A stretch of DNA of 64,000 nt from an uncultured Gammaproteobacteria bacterium (GTDB lineage: Bacteria > Patescibacteriota > Microgenomatia > Daviesbacterales > UBA10151). The notes under the pieces were generated by a model. The model saw only the letters and a program-made list of their open reading frames with translations, was not told the DNA's origin and made no database searches. Positions 60,167-64,000 of the stretch are shown here, one piece after another (within the stretch, counting starts at the first letter, position 1; each line of letters opens with the position of its first letter). Where the stretch lies: assembly GCA_964390595.1 (NCBI GenBank), contig CAYMIA010000003.1:17727-81726 (forward strand), read 5' to 3'. The translations under genes were made by a program, and so were the position numbers.

Positions 60167-62284
60167 ATGGAACATTCCACAGAAAAACAAACCCTTAATC
60201 CAATTGCCCAAAGAGAGCAGGAAATTAGCCAGCTTCAGGCCGAAATTTTGCACAGACAACAAATCATCGCTAAATTTGGTAAAAAAAGCCGTCTCGCTCA
60301 ATCCATCACAATAAAGCAGCTGGAAAGAAAAATTGACAAACTTCAAGATGAATTAAGCAGCTTTTACTCACTAAGAAGAGATGTTCCAGTTGTGGAACCC
60401 CCTGTCTCTATTGGTTTAGCTGAGCCTGAGCTAACTTCTAGACCTTGTGTTCCATTTGAAGAAGTTACTCATATCGTTTCTGGATCAGAAATTATAATTT
60501 CCACAGTTACTCCAGTCGAACTAAGTTCTGAATCAGAAATTGATGAAATTATCCGCTTATATCAAGAATTAGGTCGGGAAGTTCCCAATAATATTTATTC
60601 AATGGATCAGGAGAGCCGAAGAAGGTTGCTCCAAGCTTTAAGGATAGCTAAAAAAATCCCAGCCGATTTAAGAGACCATGTCAGTTCAAATAGCTATGCT
60701 GAAACTCAACGAATTCCTCTAAATGATCAACCAATTGAACCAACTCCAGCGAGAAGAGAGCCAGTTTCTCCCCGCCCTGAGGATGACATAGAAATTCCCC
60801 CATTCTTGAGGAGATCACACTTTATTCAGAGCGACCAGCCTACTCCAGCTCCAGAGGTAGCAGAAATCATTGAGGCTGAAGAAGAAGGTCGTGCCGCTGC
60901 TCAAGCTGCATCCACTGATTTGCAAGCCCTCTTTGCTTCTCTGCGCATCCCAGAGCCAGAACCAAATAGAGATGATATTGTAATACCTCCATTTCTGAGA
61001 CGACTTCCAGTTTTGGAACAAGCTCCTGATCCAGATCCAATCATACGTTTTGAACCAGAGATTAAGGTATCCGAGGATGAACCCAGGGAAGAGCTGTCAG
61101 CGGACAGGCTTTGTGAAATTATCGATGATGAGTATCCAAAAGATGGCACCCTTTATCTTCATCGCCACATTCAAGATTTTTTTCCCGAGTATCGAGCCCA
61201 ATTCCCAGGCCTGAATGATTCAGTTCATTTTTTCAGATGTCTGGGTCAATCCCTTCATGCCACTGGTAATAGGAATTTGAGTGATAAAGCAGCTCTGGCC
61301 TTTGAGTATGCCTTTGATAATTCCGAGGATGATGAATTAGTTGATGCAGATGGCACTCCTGTTAGAGGAAAGGCCATTGATGCTATTTGGTGGGTTGATG
61401 CTGCTCATAGTCATGTCAGTCAACCGATGTGGACCCCTGCACGTTCTGTCTGGCTTCAGCTAAAAGAGGCTACTATCAGAGAAACAAGAGTGGTTATTGA
61501 GGAGCAAATTGCCAATTGCCAAGCTTTATCTCCTAAAGCCAAGAATTACAAACAAACTGAATCTGCTCTTAAAAAAGCCCGCAAACAAGCCAGGGATCTC
61601 GAACTTTGGCTGGAAGCTTCTGAATCTAAGTTAGAGCCAGAAACCGCACCAAAGGGCAGAGACCGATTTAACTTCTTTAAAAGAAATAGACAAGGTATCC
61701 TTTTGGCTGCCGGCTTAACTGTTTTGTGTTGCTTAGGTGGTCTAACTTCAGCCTCTGTGGTCGAGGTAGTAGCACCCTCATCAGCTCCCAGGGCTGAACA
61801 GGTCACTCCAACCAGCTTAGCAACTGCTGTCAATGTTGCTCCTTCAGTTCGCTCAACTGCTACCCCTACTAAAACCCCCATTATTGTTCATGGAACTCAT
61901 ATAGTGACTAATCCCAATATAGTCAACTCCCCAATCGAAGATATTAAAACTTATGAGAAGCCAGATGTTCTATTTGGTGATAAATCTAGCCTCAATGGAC
62001 TGGCTCAATCATTAATGGCTAAATATTCCTTTGGCATTGATGACTTTCAACCCAATAGCCCTGACGAGCAAACCAGATATAATTCAATGGTCAGATTTGA
62101 CCAAGCCTACTACAAGAACGCAGACGGGCATGATGTTTTTGTCAAATTAGTCGAAGAAGATTTAAGAGCTGTCAACGATCAACTAGTCTTTGATTCTGGC
62201 AATCCAGATCTCTTTTACCATAATGGAATAGCAACTGTCCAAGTGCCTGAACAGACTATTGCCGCGCTAAAGACTCTTAAGTAA
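60167..62284 (+). CDS. Bitopic membrane protein: N-terminal coiled-coil, two FtsZ-C-terminal-peptide-like motifs (DDIEIPPFLRR, DDIVIPPFLRR), TM helix, conserved C-terminal extracytoplasmic domain
   Basis: Motifs and TM helix (GILLAAGLTVLCCLGGLTSASVV) read from the translation. Confidence 0.5.
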   Translation: MEHSTEKQTLNPIAQREQEISQLQAEILHRQQIIAKFGKKSRLAQSITIKQLERKIDKLQDELSSFYSLRRDVPVVEPPVSIGLAEPELTSRPCVPFEEVTHIVSGSEIIISTVTPVELSSESEIDEIIRLYQELGREVPNNIYSMDQESRRRLLQALRIAKKIPADLRDHVSSNSYAETQRIPLNDQPIEPTPARREPVSPRPEDDIEIPPFLRRSHFIQSDQPTPAPEVAEIIEAEEEGRAAAQAASTDLQALFASLRIPEPEPNRDDIVIPPFLRRLPVLEQAPDPDPIIRFEPEIKVSEDEPREELSADRLCEIIDDEYPKDGTLYLHRHIQDFFPEYRAQFPGLNDSVHFFRCLGQSLHATGNRNLSDKAALAFEYAFDNSEDDELVDADGTPVRGKAIDAIWWVDAAHSHVSQPMWTPARSVWLQLKEATIRETRVVIEEQIANCQALSPKAKNYKQTESALKKARKQARDLELWLEASESKLEPETAPKGRDRFNFFKRNRQGILLAAGLTVLCCLGGLTSASVVEVVAPSSAPRAEQVTPTSLATAVNVAPSVRSTATPTKTPIIVHGTHIVTNPNIVNSPIEDIKTYEKPDVLFGDKSSLNGLAQSLMAKYSFGIDDFQPNSPDEQTRYNSMVRFDQAYYKNADGHDVFVKLVEEDLRAVNDQLVFDSGNPDLFYHNGIATVQVPEQTIAALKTLK

Positions 62285-62349
62285 ACTTCTTAGGTAATTC
62301 TTACCCAGCCATTACCAATCCCTAGATCTTATAGTTTATTATTTACTTC

Positions 62350-63696
62350 ATGATTGAGGCAGCTAGAATCTATCCAGCCACCCCAGACAACCTTGATTAT
62401 TATAAAAAATTGGGCTTTGCCAAAGAGCTAAGAGAGACTATCTTTGCCGATATTAAACAAAACGGTTCAAATCAACAAATTGACTTCATTCTATCTCAAG
62501 TCAACCAAGCCCTGCTAAATGTTGAAGATGACTCAGTTAGCTTGACGGATTTAAGATCCCAGATTGATCAGATAGTTAACCCCCTTCCTGATAATGTTAT
62601 TCAATTTTCAGGCCGGTCTAAACAGCCCAAAAAGTTTACACCTGTCTCTGAAATTCTACAGCCTCCGGAAGTCCTACCTCCTCCAATCGAAAGACCACAA
62701 GAGCGCTGGTGGAATAATCTTAGGAATATTATTAGAAGCCGTAGAACTACATCTACCTCAGGTCCTGGAGGGTCAACAACAAGTAAAAGTACCTATACAT
62801 CAAGTGCCAGTCCCCCCGTTGGACCCACAGAGCCTCCTAGTCCGTATATGGCGTGGGTAGCCCGCGCAGCTGGCATCTCAGCGGTTTTACTTCTATTAAT
62901 ATATGGCGCATCTACCGGTGGCTTTGAAAGATTTGATAAGGATACCAGAGAATTTGCCAATTCAGTCGCAGCTAGATTAAATTTAGTTGATGAAAAAACT
63001 AAGGTAGGTGTCAACGCTCTTGCTAATGCTACAGTTCCACCCCCACCCTTAAAAGTTGAACCTCCCCAAGTTAATATTAATGTGCAACCTCCTCAAGTTG
63101 AACCGGCCAAAGCTCAACCTCCGTTAAACCTAACCAGCCCCGTTGTGGAGCCTGGCTTAAATCAAAAATTAGAAAATAGTCAAATAGGCGGCCAAAAAGT
63201 TGGTATGCGGTTTACTGAATATAGAGATCCAGACGTCTTTAGACAAGGTTTAGACAAACAAGACTATGATAGCGACTTCTCCAGCCTAAAAGGCCGGTCT
63301 GAGGCCATTTGGGCGATGGATTGGGCAAATATCCATGATTTTAGACCCAATGACCCAGACGAAAGAGTCAGGTTTGCTTCAATGGTCCGTTTTAATGACG
63401 CCTGGAAAACTGAACCAGGTATGAGTGAAGCACAAGCGATCGCCCTGCACAAAGAGCAAGTTCTCAGAATGAGAAACGCAATTAAGGGCGAAACTTTGCA
63501 CTGGATGGAAGATTACCGGCCCTTTTACAATCTCAGTAATGCACCAGATTATCCGTTCATCCACGTCGGGAATGCCCAAGCTGGTACAGTGGATTACTTG
63601 ATTTTTCGAAAAAACCCTCAGGGAATTCCCAACAAAATCGTTGAACCAGCTAACCCCAAAGCAGTCTTTGAAACTGCCAAAAAGAATTTCGCCTAA
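62350..63696 (+). CDS. Bitopic membrane protein, paralog of the preceding gene in its C-terminal domain
   Basis: Shared motif DFxPNxPDExxRxxSMVRFxxA. Pro-rich linker. TM helix WVARAAGISAVLLLLIYGA. Confidence 0.5.
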   Translation: MIEAARIYPATPDNLDYYKKLGFAKELRETIFADIKQNGSNQQIDFILSQVNQALLNVEDDSVSLTDLRSQIDQIVNPLPDNVIQFSGRSKQPKKFTPVSEILQPPEVLPPPIERPQERWWNNLRNIIRSRRTTSTSGPGGSTTSKSTYTSSASPPVGPTEPPSPYMAWVARAAGISAVLLLLIYGASTGGFERFDKDTREFANSVAARLNLVDEKTKVGVNALANATVPPPPLKVEPPQVNINVQPPQVEPAKAQPPLNLTSPVVEPGLNQKLENSQIGGQKVGMRFTEYRDPDVFRQGLDKQDYDSDFSSLKGRSEAIWAMDWANIHDFRPNDPDERVRFASMVRFNDAWKTEPGMSEAQAIALHKEQVLRMRNAIKGETLHWMEDYRPFYNLSNAPDYPFIHVGNAQAGTVDYLIFRKNPQGIPNKIVEPANPKAVFETAKKNFA

Positions 63697-63725
63697 TCCT
63701 TCAAATTTAGTTATACTAGCTTTAA

Positions 63726-64000
63726 GTGACCTATTTTATTTTACTAATTGCTGAGGTACTCTCATTGTTTGTTTTATCTAGGTTTCTAAGCCGGGCTTTA
63801 TCTGAGCTGATTTATAGATTGACCCATTCACATAAAATCGTGATCTATTCACTTGCTGCGCTCTTTTTACCTGGAACAGTTATTCATGAAGCAGCTCATG
63901 TTCTTGTAGCCAATCTGTTGCTTGTGCCAACTGGCAAAGTGGAATTTTTGCCAGTCTCTGAAGGCGAGGTAGTTAAACTGGGAAGCGCTGAAGTAGCTCA
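63726..64000 (+). CDS. Partial ORF (runs off window): hydrophobic protein with HExxH motif (VIHEAAHVLVA), putative membrane zinc metallopeptidase-like
   Basis: Open frame from a GTG at 63726 to the window end. No ATG start identified. Confidence 0.25.
   Translation, partial: MTYFILLIAEVLSLFVLSRFLSRALSELIYRLTHSHKIVIYSLAALFLPGTVIHEAAHVLVANLLLVPTGKVEFLPVSEGEVVKLGSAEVA

Overview
Low-GC (~40 %) bacterial chromosome segment with tightly packed, often overlapping genes. The gene content points to a reduced-genome, probably monoderm bacterium (Patescibacteria/CPR-like is an inference only): a type IV pilus locus without a secretin, few biosynthetic genes, and many lineage-specific secreted proteins. 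I found no tRNA, rRNA, CRISPR array or IS/transposon.

Main blocks by position:
- 1-5.8 kb: translationally coupled operon of a PaaK-like adenylating enzyme (5'-truncated by the window), a ThiF/E1-like protein, a nitroreductase-fold protein and a membrane histidine kinase, followed by an orphan receiver.
- 5.8-13.2 kb: housekeeping and envelope genes (RluA, Kef antiporter, LCP, YebC, RuvC).
- 13.2-14.2 kb: a 964-bp ORF-free region with palindromes.
- 14.2-27.1 kb: eight-gene cluster of secreted or membrane-anchored proteins that I read as a cohesin–dockerin (cellulosome-like) surface system. It contains three cohesin-like proteins (one ending in an LPNSG anchor-like signal), three proteins with dockerin-like Ca-loop repeats, CBM-like and GH5-like domains, a novel ~65-aa Cys-rich module present four times, and internal tandem repeats.
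- 27.1-41 kb: XerD-like recombinase, nfo, ABC transporter, gyrA (with a ~57-aa insertion), murA, and gyrB split by an in-frame TAG exactly at a conserved residue, delta'.
- 41-55 kb: type IV pilus locus pilB-pilT-pilC-pilA-pilD, eight further pilin-like genes, pilM/N/O. Two minor-pilin genes each begin with a 7-nt x4 tandem repeat (ATTCCAA and CAAATAC), which are phase-variation candidates.
- 55-60 kb, minus strand: trmD, KH, rpsP with an (ETP)n tail encoded by a 9-nt repeat, rnc, an ACP-like protein lacking the Ser, nusB, rpmF, recG.
- 60-64 kb: two paralogous bitopic membrane proteins. The first carries two copies of an FtsZ C-terminal-peptide-like motif (DDIxIPPFLRR).
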